50,853 nucleotides of DNA from Candidatus Hydrogenedentota bacterium (GCA_046047315.1 JBJOID010000162.1:1-50853); one strand, 5' to 3'. Positions 19,280 through 29,219 are shown, numbered from the stretch's first letter. A program made the numbers and translations. The notes: generated by a model not told the origin, from the letters alone.

Positions 19280-20826
19280 TGTCTGGAATAGGCAAACCCA
19301 TCGTCGTTCTCGATTTCGGCGCGCAGTACAGCAAGCTGATCGCGCGGCGCGTGCGCGAGGCGCATGTGTACAGCATCATCGAGCCATTCAACATCTCGAC
19401 CGAGCGGCTGCGGGAGCTGGACCCGGCGGGCATCATCCTCAGCGGTGGACCGGCCAGCGTTCATGCGGAAGGTTCTCCGAAGCCGCATCCCGACATCCTC
19501 CAGTTCGACGTGCCCATCCTGGGCATCTGCTATGGCGTCCAGGTTTTTGCGGACATGCTCGGCGGCAAGGTGGAGCGGGCGAAGGAACGGGAGTATGGCA
19601 TTGCCCACCTGGAGCATGACGACACCACGGGCTTCTTCACCGGGGTAGACGCCAAGGCCCAGGTGTGGATGAGCCATGGCGACAAGATCACCCAGTTGCC
19701 CGACGGTTTCCACACCATTGGCAGCACTGAGAACTGTGCCTATGCCGCCATCGCCAACCCGGTGGCCAAGCGCTACGGCGTGCAGTTCCACCCGGAGGTG
19801 GTCCATACCCCGCAGGGCAAGCGCATCCTTGCCAACTTTGTGCACAACGTCTGCGGCTGCGATTCCAGTTGGGACATGGGCAACTTTGTCGACGTGGCCC
19901 TGGCGGATATCCGCGCGCAGGTGGGCGACCGCAAGGTGCTTTGTGGCCTGAGCGGCGGGGTGGATTCCTCCGTCGCGGCGGTGCTTATTCACAAGGCCAT
20001 TGGCGACAACCTCACCTGCGTGTTCGTGAACAATGGCCTGCTGCGCAAAGGCGAAGCCGAGATGGTGCAGCAGGTCTTCCGCGACAGCTTCCACATCAAC
20101 CTCGACTATGTGGATGCCGAGGAGGATTTCCTCACCGCGCTCAGGGGCATCAGCGAACCCGAGGCCAAGCGCAAGATCATCGGCAACCTGTTCGTGGAAA
20201 TCTTTGAGCGTGAGGCAACGCGTCTTGGGCATATGGATTTCTTGGCGCAGGGCACGCTTTACCCGGACGTGATCGAAAGCGTTTCCGCCACTGGCGGGCC
20301 CAGCGTCACCATCAAGAGTCACCACAACGTGGGCGGCCTGCCGGAAAAGATGAACCTCGAATTGCTTGAGCCGCTGCGCGAGCTCTTCAAGGATGAAGTC
20401 CGTGCGCTCGGCCGCGAGCTTGGCCTGCCCGAGGAGATCGTCGGGCGACATCCCTTCCCCGGCCCCGGTCTCGGCGTGCGCGTTATCGGCGAGATCACCC
20501 GCGAGCGCTGCGACACCCTGCGCGAAGCGGACGCCATCTTCATCGACGAGATTCGCAAGGCCGGACTCTATGACGAAATCTGGCAGGCGCTGGTCTGCCT
20601 GCTTCCTGTGCGCAGCGTCGGGGTGCAAGGCGACGAACGCACCTACGAGGAAGTCTGCTCCCTCCGCGCCGTTACCAGCGAGGACGCCATGACGGCAGAC
20701 TGGTACCGCTTTCCACCCGAAGTCCTCCAGCGCGTGGCCAACCGCATCTGCAACGAGGTCAAGCACATCAACCGCGTCCTCTACGACGTGACCTCCAAGC
20801 CCCCCGGCACCATTGAGTGGGAGTGA
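19279..20826 (+). CDS. guaA: GMP synthase (glutamine-hydrolysing)
   Basis: [48 protein letters not shown] coupling to guaB. Confidence 0.98.
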   Translation: MSGIGKPIVVLDFGAQYSKLIARRVREAHVYSIIEPFNISTERLRELDPAGIILSGGPASVHAEGSPKPHPDILQFDVPILGICYGVQVFADMLGGKVERAKEREYGIAHLEHDDTTGFFTGVDAKAQVWMSHGDKITQLPDGFHTIGSTENCAYAAIANPVAKRYGVQFHPEVVHTPQGKRILANFVHNVCGCDSSWDMGNFVDVALADIRAQVGDRKVLCGLSGGVDSSVAAVLIHKAIGDNLTCVFVNNGLLRKGEAEMVQQVFRDSFHINLDYVDAEEDFLTALRGISEPEAKRKIIGNLFVEIFEREATRLGHMDFLAQGTLYPDVIESVSATGGPSVTIKSHHNVGGLPEKMNLELLEPLRELFKDEVRALGRELGLPEEIVGRHPFPGPGLGVRVIGEITRERCDTLREADAIFIDEIRKAGLYDEIWQALVCLLPVRSVGVQGDERTYEEVCSLRAVTSEDAMTADWYRFPPEVLQRVANRICNEVKHINRVLYDVTSKPPGTIEWE

Positions 20827-21080
20827 TAAAGGGCCTGTAAACTGCGCATCGCTGACCAGTCAATTAATCGATGGGAGCCCGTTATTTAGTGGATGCTCAG
20901 TATGGCCAATTCGTGAATAGCCCCGTCTTCTCTTTGTGCAGCGACTTCCGGTGGTAGAATTCCTTTGAGAGGGTTTGACCTCAAGCGGTCGCCCCAGGTG
21001 ACGCGGGTAGAGTTCTGCTTGGCTACGTGCTCCTTGCCGAACTCCTCCTTCGGTGCCTGCCAGTTGAAGGAGTATTCGCG

Positions 21081-22295
21081 ATGAAACGCCTCTTCTATTC
21101 GCTGATTTCAGTCATGGTTACCTTTAGCCTAGCGGGGCTGCTCGTCCATGCGCAGCCAAAGCGGGAATTGATGCGCGACGCGCACGCTTTGGTGTTTGAC
21201 CACACCTCGCTAAAACGGACGATTGAAAAGTTGGACAACGGCGTTCGCACCATTACAACTACAACGAACCCCGAAATGGTACCAGTTCTCCGGAGACACC
21301 CACGCGATATGGCCAAGCTCTACGGACAGGGCGGTATGGTGCGTGCATGGGATCCTCTCTTTCGAGAGCTTGCGGCGGTGAGTGACAAGGTGACGATGGA
21401 CGTGCGTGACATTGAACACGGCGTGGAAGTAATCTGCACTTCCGAAGACCCCGAAGTCGTCAAGCTCATACAGGCGCATGCGGAGAAGGTCAGCGACATG
21501 GCCGAGCGTGGTTCTCCAGCGATGCGTGAGTCCACGCCGATACCGGCTGGCTATAATCGCCCCGGGCAATCAGGGACTCCAGCGGATTCCGTTTCGACGT
21601 CAGCCAGGCAGCAGTGGGATCGCAAAATTATCCAGATCGGCGTCATGAGGGAGGTGTTGGGTGGACAGAAACACGAGGCCCGCGCGCTGTTGAAGGAAGT
21701 GCTTGCCAGGCCGAACTTTTATGGCGTTGGTGCGTTAGCCTCACTTGCTGGAGAAGTAACAATTCTGGACGGCGTGCCCACCGCCACGCGTGTTGATGGC
21801 GACGGGCACCCCTTGGCTTCTAAAGGTGGCCTGGAGGAGCAGGGTGTCACTTTGCTCTTCGGCGCCTATGTTCCGGAATGGACCGAACATCTCGTTGGTC
21901 ATGCCATTTCTCCGGACCGACTGGACGAAACCCTGGCGGAGATGGCGGCAGGCGCCGGTCTCGATATGTCCAAGCCGTTTGTTTTCGCGATTGACGGCGA
22001 GTTCACCGAAGTGCGTCTCCATGTAATCAATGGTGCCTGCCCGGTGCATGCGCGCCGAAACGGCAAGGAGCTTTCCCCCGAGAAGCGTCCCTATGAAGCG
22101 AGCCTTGCTTCGGTGCATGGGACAATCGTTGGACTGTTTGCCAGGAATGCCGAGGGAACCATGACGCATCCTGGAACCACAACTCACATCCATCTGATCT
22201 ACACAGACGATGCGACCGGTGCTAAGCTTAACGGCCACGTCGAGCAGGCGGGCATGTCCTCAGGAAGCGTCTTGTACTTGCCGCTCATCGATTGA
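21081..22295 (+). CDS. Secreted two-domain protein: uncharacterised His/Met repeat domain plus alpha-acetolactate decarboxylase-like domain
   Basis: Signal peptide; internally repeated N-domain; C-domain GVGALASLAGEVTILDG, GTIVGLF, THIH...NGHV. AAGGAG RBS. Confidence 0.7.
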   Translation: MKRLFYSLISVMVTFSLAGLLVHAQPKRELMRDAHALVFDHTSLKRTIEKLDNGVRTITTTTNPEMVPVLRRHPRDMAKLYGQGGMVRAWDPLFRELAAVSDKVTMDVRDIEHGVEVICTSEDPEVVKLIQAHAEKVSDMAERGSPAMRESTPIPAGYNRPGQSGTPADSVSTSARQQWDRKIIQIGVMREVLGGQKHEARALLKEVLARPNFYGVGALASLAGEVTILDGVPTATRVDGDGHPLASKGGLEEQGVTLLFGAYVPEWTEHLVGHAISPDRLDETLAEMAAGAGLDMSKPFVFAIDGEFTEVRLHVINGACPVHARRNGKELSPEKRPYEASLASVHGTIVGLFARNAEGTMTHPGTTTHIHLIYTDDATGAKLNGHVEQAGMSSGSVLYLPLID

Positions 22296-22353
22296 ATAAA
22301 TTCTAAGCCCTGGGCAAGCGTGGCGCTGCCTGAGGACGTGAAAGAAAGTCACC

Positions 22354-23406
22354 ATGAACCGCTGGCTGCGCGGGCTTGGCCTGCTGTTGACAATCTCCCT
22401 GACAATCGCGCTCGGTTATGGCGGCTGGTGGCTCTTGCTGGATGGCCGACCTCCCGCGCAGCGCGCGGATTTGGAGCGGCTACCGGTGGCGGTGCCACCG
22501 CCCGCACCCGGTTATCCCACGCTCAACGCTCTCTACGTCGGCTACTTTCTCGGCTGGATTGACGCGGCCAACATCAACGAGGAACACCCTCCGCCGGAAG
22601 GCGTGCGGGTGGAGAAGGATCTCGTCTACGACAAGGTGGGCGAGCGTGTCCTGATGCTGGACCTGTATTCCCCATCGGCCACACCGGCCAAACCGGCGCC
22701 CATGCTGCTCTTTATCCACGGGGGAGGCTGGTCTGGCGGCGATAAGCAGGACTACGCGATCTACTGCAACAAGTTCGCCGGGCTGGGATACGTGGTCGCC
22801 AGCATCGGGTATCGCTTCTCGCAAGAGGCGCTTTTTCCGGCAGCCCTGCAGGATGTTAACGCAGCTATTGTCTGGCTGCACGGTCAGGCTGCCAGCCGAG
22901 GCGGGGACCCCGGGCGCATGGCCGTGATTGGCGGCTCTGCTGGCGGGCATCTCTCGCTCATGGCAGCCTATGCCTGGGATAAGGCCGAGTTCCATCGCGT
23001 TGCCCCGCAAGAGATTCAGCCGAGCCCCGTGCGGGCCGTGGTGGACCTGTATGGCCCCACCGACCTCACACAGCCCATTGCCCAGGAGGCGTCCCAGGTG
23101 ACCCGCTTTCTCGGCAAGCAATATGTGGACGCCCCGGAAATCTTTGCGCTGGCTTCTCCGATAACGCATCTTGACGCAACGGATCCACCCACGCTCATTA
23201 TCCAGGGAACGCTGGACAATGTGGTGCCGCCGGAACAGTCGGACTTGCTGGCGGAGCGTCTCCATTCCTTGGGGGTGTCGTACTGGTATAGTCGCATCGA
23301 CGGCTGGCCGCATACGCTCGACATCGTGTGGGATAACTTCGAGCACACGTCGGCATTGATCCACGCGTTCCTCAAGGCGCACGGGCTGGGGGCCAGCCAA
23401 ATGTGA
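22354..23406 (+). CDS. Membrane-anchored alpha/beta hydrolase (HSL/BD-FAE-like esterase)
   Basis: HGGGW, GGSAGG, QGTLD, WPH; N-terminal TM helix. Confidence 0.9.
   Translation: MNRWLRGLGLLLTISLTIALGYGGWWLLLDGRPPAQRADLERLPVAVPPPAPGYPTLNALYVGYFLGWIDAANINEEHPPPEGVRVEKDLVYDKVGERVLMLDLYSPSATPAKPAPMLLFIHGGGWSGGDKQDYAIYCNKFAGLGYVVASIGYRFSQEALFPAALQDVNAAIVWLHGQAASRGGDPGRMAVIGGSAGGHLSLMAAYAWDKAEFHRVAPQEIQPSPVRAVVDLYGPTDLTQPIAQEASQVTRFLGKQYVDAPEIFALASPITHLDATDPPTLIIQGTLDNVVPPEQSDLLAERLHSLGVSYWYSRIDGWPHTLDIVWDNFEHTSALIHAFLKAHGLGASQM
23320..23391 (+). repeat. Degenerate direct repeat, copy 1 (3' end of the esterase gene)
   Basis: Encodes DIVWDNFEHTSALIHAFLKAHGLG; ungapped match to 27095..27166. Confidence 0.8.
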
Positions 23407-23417
23407 TTTTCCGCCCC

Positions 23418-26400
23418 TTACCGAGTGAGGCAGAAGTTGTCCTCGCTCGCGTCTGGGCATGGATAGTAGACGCCGATGTTGTAGAACTGGATCAGCCGCA
23501 AAAGTTCACTCAGCGATATCACCCAGTCCTGCGGCGCATAGTCCGAAGAATGCGCCGTGCATTCAATGTTCCCCTCGCCAAGCTGGAAACCATCCTCGGT
23601 TTCCTCGCCGCACTGGAAATGTCCCGCGTTGAATAGCTGCACCACGCGCAGCGCCTCGGTCAGGTCGATGCGCTGGTCGCCGTTCTGATCCGCAGACTGC
23701 ATCGGGCCCTCGCCCTCGGAGTCTCCCTCGCCGTCCCCAACACCCTCCGCTTCGCCCTCACCTTCCGCGGTTCCCTCAGTCACACCCTCGCCATCGACGC
23801 TTCCCTCGATAATACCCTCACCATCCACGCTTCCTTCCACCTCGCCCTCGCCCAAGTCGTCCCCTTCTCCGTCAACGTCACCCTCCGGATCCTGCGCATT
23901 CACAAAAGGCTCAAAGTCCACGTTACCCGTCATCTTCGCGGCGATCGCCGGCACGGTGTACAAACCCCAGTCGTTGTTCTCCGCTTTCAGCGTGTTATTC
24001 GTCAGGTTGATGATGAACTTGCCTGATACAAACCCGAACACATTGCCGCCCCCGCCGCCGTTGGCCTCATCCCCCATGTTCGGCGCCGAAACCGTCAGCC
24101 CCTTGGTCTCTGGTTCGCGCACAAATATCGCATCGGCCCGGATGTCGTCAAAGCCGTTGCGCGCGATCTCGATATCCGTGTTCACCGCCTGGATGCCAAA
24201 TTGCAACCGCATGAACTCACAGTCCGTAATGCTGCCGCCCGAGGTGCCCTCGCCCGAGACCAGCGCTCCAATCGAGAACAGGTTGTCGTTTCCGCTCACC
24301 ACGCAGTTCGTCAGGTGCGCCTCCACCTCCTCCATGACGATTACTGCGATCACCGAGGCATTCTGTCCCGGAATCGACACGAGCACATTATCCAACACAG
24401 TCTTCTCGCCCATCTTCACAACGAAGTGCTCGTCGTCGGATGCGTTGTAATATTGAATCCGCGTTGTGGCGTTGTCTTCCCCACGGATCGTGGCATTGTC
24501 CGGCATCACTACCTGTTCGTTGTAATTGCCTTCGGACAGGTCCACAGTGAAGGGAAATGGCAGCTTCGCCCCTTCCGACAGCGCCTTTCCAATGGTCTGC
24601 CACGGCGCGCCGGAAGTGCCGTCGCCCGTTTCATCGTCGCCCGTGGCGTCCACATAGAACGTCGTAATCGGGTCATCCTCATCCTGCGGGTCCGTGTCGT
24701 AAAGGAACTCGGTATAGTTGTCGAATCCATCCACGTCCGAATCCACAATCGCGTCATCCGGATCATCCGAGTCCAGCCCGTGTAACTCTTCCCACTCATC
24801 CTCCATATCGTCGCCGTCTTCGTCGATAAACTCGAAGGCCCCGAGGTCGGGGGCGCCGCCAAACGTTCGCACCGCTCCGCGGATGTCCTCGGCAATGGAA
24901 GTGCTTGCACCTACGTCCACAAGCTCCTGGCCAACATGTCGGAAATTACCGTTATCGGGGTCGCGAAAATGGGGTTCTACGCTGGTGATATTTACGCCGG
25001 GATATCCGCCCCCGATATTGGAGTCCGAGGCCGTAATCGCTGGTGGGTCGGTTGAAGGTAGGGCGGGACTGTCACCGTTCGATACATCCGAATTACGCAG
25101 GTAGTTCAAGCCGCCTGAAACGTCCATCACGATGCTACTTAGGCCCGTTCCCCAGAAATTGCAATGTTCTATCTCGAGCGTGCCGGTGCCAGTCTTTGTG
25201 AAAGGTACTCTGTCACCGGCCCCGCAGAAAACGCTGTTTTTGAGCAACACTGTGAAGGGTGCATTGCAAGTTACCTCCAACAGTTCCGCGTTGTTCCCGC
25301 CCCCATCGAAAACACAGTCGATAGCTTTAAAGTATCCACTTGCTTCAATGCCGGCCCATTGGTTGCCGCGCACGATACACTTTTCCATTCGGAAGCGCGA
25401 GTCCAACAGTCGGGCACCGGTAGTACCACTACCCGTGTTATTGGCAATAACTGTGTTCGTAATATTGACCGAGTTGCCAAAGCCGCGTATGCCTCCTGGG
25501 CCACCGTTGCTATCGTTATCGGAAATCTCGCAATTGTCGATAGTTACGAAACACCCCTCCTGGATCAGGAGGCCACCTACGATGTATCCGGAATTACCCA
25601 CTATCTTGCAATTGGAGAAAACACAGGAAGGTGAATATACAACTACACCACCCCATCCCACATAAGCTTGCGAAAGGCTGGGTGAGCGAGGATCGTTGCC
25701 CCCCGTAATGGTAAATCCATCGATGGTCGCATCAACAGCATCGACCAAAACGCGCAGCACGGTATAAGCGGCCAGACCTCCCCGCGCAGTGGATCCATCG
25801 ATGATCGTATTTTCAGGATCGGGATTGCGTTCGCTACGCAGGGTCTCCGTGCCGTCGAAACCGCCGTAGAGAAAAACGCTCTTGTTGACGATCACCGAGC
25901 CATTGCCCGTGCGAGGTTCGTTATACGTTCCTTCCGCCACCCAGATTTCATCACCTGCGGCCGCGGCATCAATGGCTGTCTGGATCGTTGTGAAAGCGTT
26001 TGCCCAGGAGCTTCCATCTGCCGTGCCCGTGGCAGATCGGTCCACATGAATAATGCTCCCCGTAGGCTCTGGGAGACCTCCGGGGTATTGGCATTCGCTA
26101 AGATCCTGCACGGGTACGCCACAGGTGACCGGGACAAGCAGGGGGTCGAGGACCCCCTCCTTATATCCAATGTCGTATGGGCATGTAACTTTTTCATTGC
26201 AGGTCCATGGTTTCCACGCTGTTAGTTCGCAGGCGTTGTCAAAGCCGTCCCCGTCGGAGTCCGCTGTAATCGCCAACTCGGGGATCGACACCGTCGCACC
26301 AAGATCCAGCAGCGTAAGCGCCGTGCCATACTGTTGGGAATACTTTGCGAACAGCATGGCGGCCATTCCGGAGAATCCGTAGGCGGTTATCTGTAGCGGG

Positions 26401-26903
26401 TCGGTAGAGACCACCGTATAATCGCCGTCCCCAATCGTTAACAACATCGCAATCGAACTTGGGAAAAAGCTACTGAACGGATCCGTGGTGCCGCCAATCT
26501 TGCTCGCCAAGCCAGCGGCATTGATGGCATCCATCACCAAGTTGAAATTCGCGGTGAACGCTGCATTGACTTCCGCATAAGTAATGATGCCGTTGTCAAA
26601 AGATATGTCGCTGAGAATCAAGTGCATGATGGCAAATTCCGCGGAATCCGGAATTCCATTGCCCGCAAAAGTGTACCCGCTGATAGGAGTGCCGTAGGAC
26701 ATGGTCCCGTTGCTGTCGTCAGCTCCGCCGTAGGGAACATTGGTAATCGGGGAAGAGGGGAAGCCGCCCCGCGGATTGCTGTTTCTCAAGACACTGCACG
26801 GAGAGACATTGCTCTGGGCCATCGCCGATTGGGCAAGCATTGCCATCGCCATGACTGCTATTGCCGTGCGTAACGGTAGCGTGCGTGCAGTCGGCCATCT
26901 CAT
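23418..26903 (-). CDS. Large secreted/surface protein: two pectin-lyase-like beta-helix (DUF1565-type) modules, Ca-binding Asp repeats, Gly-Glu linker, Cys-rich EF-hand/dockerin-like C-terminus
   Basis: Signal peptide; DGSSWANAFTTIQTAI and GDGTSGAPWQTIGKAL; PDLGAFE; DSDxDG repeats; SADQNGDQRIDLTEALRVVQLFN / SSDYAPQDWVISLSELLRLIQFYN. Confidence 0.85.
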   Translation of the reverse strand: MRWPTARTLPLRTAIAVMAMAMLAQSAMAQSNVSPCSVLRNSNPRGGFPSSPITNVPYGGADDSNGTMSYGTPISGYTFAGNGIPDSAEFAIMHLILSDISFDNGIITYAEVNAAFTANFNLVMDAINAAGLASKIGGTTDPFSSFFPSSIAMLLTIGDGDYTVVSTDPLQITAYGFSGMAAMLFAKYSQQYGTALTLLDLGATVSIPELAITADSDGDGFDNACELTAWKPWTCNEKVTCPYDIGYKEGVLDPLLVPVTCGVPVQDLSECQYPGGLPEPTGSIIHVDRSATGTADGSSWANAFTTIQTAIDAAAAGDEIWVAEGTYNEPRTGNGSVIVNKSVFLYGGFDGTETLRSERNPDPENTIIDGSTARGGLAAYTVLRVLVDAVDATIDGFTITGGNDPRSPSLSQAYVGWGGVVVYSPSCVFSNCKIVGNSGYIVGGLLIQEGCFVTIDNCEISDNDSNGGPGGIRGFGNSVNITNTVIANNTGSGTTGARLLDSRFRMEKCIVRGNQWAGIEASGYFKAIDCVFDGGGNNAELLEVTCNAPFTVLLKNSVFCGAGDRVPFTKTGTGTLEIEHCNFWGTGLSSIVMDVSGGLNYLRNSDVSNGDSPALPSTDPPAITASDSNIGGGYPGVNITSVEPHFRDPDNGNFRHVGQELVDVGASTSIAEDIRGAVRTFGGAPDLGAFEFIDEDGDDMEDEWEELHGLDSDDPDDAIVDSDVDGFDNYTEFLYDTDPQDEDDPITTFYVDATGDDETGDGTSGAPWQTIGKALSEGAKLPFPFTVDLSEGNYNEQVVMPDNATIRGEDNATTRIQYYNASDDEHFVVKMGEKTVLDNVLVSIPGQNASVIAVIVMEEVEAHLTNCVVSGNDNLFSIGALVSGEGTSGGSITDCEFMRLQFGIQAVNTDIEIARNGFDDIRADAIFVREPETKGLTVSAPNMGDEANGGGGGNVFGFVSGKFIINLTNNTLKAENNDWGLYTVPAIAAKMTGNVDFEPFVNAQDPEGDVDGEGDDLGEGEVEGSVDGEGIIEGSVDGEGVTEGTAEGEGEAEGVGDGEGDSEGEGPMQSADQNGDQRIDLTEALRVVQLFNAGHFQCGEETEDGFQLGEGNIECTAHSSDYAPQDWVISLSELLRLIQFYNIGVYYPCPDASEDNFCLTR
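23705..23890 (-). repeat. Low-complexity Gly-Glu (EGEG/EGSVDGEG) coding repeat
   Basis: Recurrent ccctc units on the + strand encoding an acidic linker. Confidence 0.8.
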
Positions 26904-27094
26904 GCCCAATTCCCCACTTGTAGTTCACACCTATCAAGCTGTGAATAACAACTCGTATTAAATCACTTTAACGGCTATAAGCACGTTTTTAGGAAAGAAA
27001 AATATTGTCATGCACCACGCCAGAAGCTACCAACATCTTTTTCCATACTAGCACCGTTAAGGTTTCAAGGCAAGCGAATAATGCGCAAAGAAAA

Positions 27095-27166
27095 GATATC
27101 CTCGGGAAGAATTTCGCGCAACCCTTGGCCCTAATCCACGAATTTCTCAAAGCGCATGGGCTGGGC
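27095..27166 (+). repeat. Degenerate direct repeat, copy 2 (orphan esterase 3'-end fragment)
   Basis: Encodes DILGKNFAQPLALIHEFLKAHGLG, then stops at 27187. 30/38 nt identical to copy 1 over the last 38 bp (counted by hand). Confidence 0.8.
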
Positions 27167-27284
27167 GTTTGGCGGTCGCCTCTCTGACACATGGTAACTT
27201 ATATTGTTCAGCGGTTATCATCTGCGTCCCTTAGGGCATGCGTCTAACTTTTTCAGACGCGGATCACGGTGAAAGAATTCTCCC

Positions 27285-28673
27285 ATGAAAAAGCTGCTTC
27301 TATCTCTTCTCGGTCTGGTGGTGCTGCTTGCCGCCGCGTTTGTTTTGTTCATCGGCCCATGGCCGGTCTACTCCGATTCGAAGTACAAGGAGTCCAGTTA
27401 CTACGAGCAGGCCATCGCTGATATCGACACGCACGCGCAGGGCAATGACATCACGGAGTCGCCCGACCGGTTGCGAGCGGGCTGGGCCATGCGCGACATC
27501 ACGCCGCCCGTGGGTACGCCGCTGGCCGGGTACTCCGGCCGGGGCAATGAGAAGAAGTCCGAAGGGGTGCGCGACAACCTCGAGGTTACCGCGCTCGCCC
27601 TGAATGATGGCAAGGACACCGTGGTGCTGGTGGGGGCGGACATGCTGATTACCCCCCCGAACCTTGCCGAGATGGTGCGCGGTCAGGTGGAGGCGCAGAC
27701 CGGGGGGGCCGTCACTTCGGACGATATTCTCTTCAATGCCAGCCACACCCATTGCGGCGTGGGCGCCTTTGGTCCGGGCTTCCTGTCGGAATTCAGCGCG
27801 GGCAAATACAACCCCGAGATCGTGGAGATGCTGGCGCGGCAGTTCACGGAAGCCATCGTGGAGGCCCACCGTTCGCTCACCCCGGCTTCCATTGCCACGG
27901 GTGAGATTGACGCGCCACAGTACATTCGCAACCGCACCCGTGAAGCGGGGGTGGACCCCATCCTCAACTTCCTGGTGGCGAAGAAGGAAAGCGGCGATCT
28001 GGCCTACCTGGTGCGCTACTCGGCGCACCCCACCATCTTTGGCGGCGACATGATGCTGGTGAGCGCCGAGTATCCTGGAGAGCTCAAGCGCCACATCGAG
28101 GCGCAGACGAAGCAGGAGGCCCACTACTTGGGTGGGGCCGTGGGCAGCATGGGGCCGCGCGCCCCGGAGGGCGCCACGCCCAGCGATCGCGTCACCGCCA
28201 TGGGCCAGGCGCTCGGTCAGCTGGTGCTCGACGCCGCCACGCCGGACAAGCTGACTTTCCGCGACCGGCTCGACGTTGCGGCGATAGGGGTGCCGCTGGG
28301 CATGCCGCAGTTGCAATTGCGCCCGGTGAACACCAAGTTCCGCGTGTCGCCGCTGGTGCGCTATCTAGCCAACATTCCCGAGGGCGGTTGGCTGCACGGC
28401 GCACGGGTGGGCGATATCGTCTTTATGGGCATGCCGTGCGATTTCAGCGGCGAAATCAGCGTGGAGTGGCGGGCATGGGCGCGCGCACGCAACTTGGAAC
28501 TCTGGACCCTCAGCTTCAGTGGCACCTATTGCGGGTACTTCTCGCCCGACAAGTATTACAACCAGAAGCCGCTGGATTACGAAACCAAGGAAATGAGCTG
28601 GTACGGGCCCAACATTGAGGCCTACTTCACCGACCTTTTCCAACACATGACTGGCGCGCTCGGGGCGGTTTAA
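27285..28673 (+). CDS. Neutral/alkaline ceramidase-like protein with N-terminal membrane anchor
   Basis: DITPPVGTPLAGY, NASHTHCG, YSAHPT, SAEYPG motifs. Confidence 0.8.
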   Translation: MKKLLLSLLGLVVLLAAAFVLFIGPWPVYSDSKYKESSYYEQAIADIDTHAQGNDITESPDRLRAGWAMRDITPPVGTPLAGYSGRGNEKKSEGVRDNLEVTALALNDGKDTVVLVGADMLITPPNLAEMVRGQVEAQTGGAVTSDDILFNASHTHCGVGAFGPGFLSEFSAGKYNPEIVEMLARQFTEAIVEAHRSLTPASIATGEIDAPQYIRNRTREAGVDPILNFLVAKKESGDLAYLVRYSAHPTIFGGDMMLVSAEYPGELKRHIEAQTKQEAHYLGGAVGSMGPRAPEGATPSDRVTAMGQALGQLVLDAATPDKLTFRDRLDVAAIGVPLGMPQLQLRPVNTKFRVSPLVRYLANIPEGGWLHGARVGDIVFMGMPCDFSGEISVEWRAWARARNLELWTLSFSGTYCGYFSPDKYYNQKPLDYETKEMSWYGPNIEAYFTDLFQHMTGALGAV

Positions 28674-28739
28674 GCTGTCGCCGTAGGCTTAACAGAAATC
28701 GCTCCTGCTGCTGCACTGTTGAACGGAGGACGAGCCGCC

Positions 28740-29201
28740 ATGAAACGCCTCTTGATCATGCGCCATGCCAAGTCCGACCATGGACAGCCCGGTCTGGCCG
28801 ACCACGACCGGCCGCTGAACGCGCGCGGGCTGATGGACGCCCCGCGCATGGGGGCCCGGCTGCGGGAACTGGGCATCCAGCCGGATTTGATCATCGCCTC
28901 CACCGCGAACCGGGCACTGCACACCGCCTGCCTCTTTGCCGAGGGAAACGACAGCGCCGCGCCCGTGCAGCAAGATGGGCGGCTTTATCTCGCACCGGTG
29001 TCCGATTACCTGGCCGTGCTCCAGGAAGTGCCCGCCACGGCTGATACCGTGCTCATCGTGTCGCATAATCCGGGTTCAGAGGAATTGCTGCAACACCTCA
29101 CCGGGCAATTGCGCGCCATGCCCACCGCCGCCATCGCCTGCGTTACTTTCGACGACACCGGGCACGTCGACCTCGCGGACTTCTGGACACCGAAGGACTG
29201 A
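28740..29201 (+). CDS. sixA: SixA-type histidine phosphatase
   Basis: LIMRHAKS, DHDRPLNARG, STANRALHT, SHNP. Confidence 0.88.
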   Translation: MKRLLIMRHAKSDHGQPGLADHDRPLNARGLMDAPRMGARLRELGIQPDLIIASTANRALHTACLFAEGNDSAAPVQQDGRLYLAPVSDYLAVLQEVPATADTVLIVSHNPGSEELLQHLTGQLRAMPTAAIACVTFDDTGHVDLADFWTPKD

Positions 29202-29219
29202 TGAGAGTCGGTCATCGTC

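Noticed and set aside
19264-20766. 500-aa minus-strand ORF, and similar long antisense ORFs over prs, accD, the NtrC gene, nhaA and glxK
   Set aside because: These mirror well-identified genes and are expected from high-GC codon bias; they carry no motifs.
4395-22295. Functional link between ilvN and the ALDC-like protein as an acetoin pathway
   Set aside because: They are 16 kb apart in unrelated operons, no catalytic synthase is present, and the ALDC-like protein appears exported.
23705-23890. CRISPR-like or non-coding tandem repeat
   Set aside because: Irregular in-frame Gly-Glu coding repeats, no constant repeat-spacer period, no cas genes.
27005-27187. 60-aa ORF as a functional gene
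   Set aside because: Only its last part resembles a protein (the duplicated esterase end); the rest is AT-rich upstream sequence.
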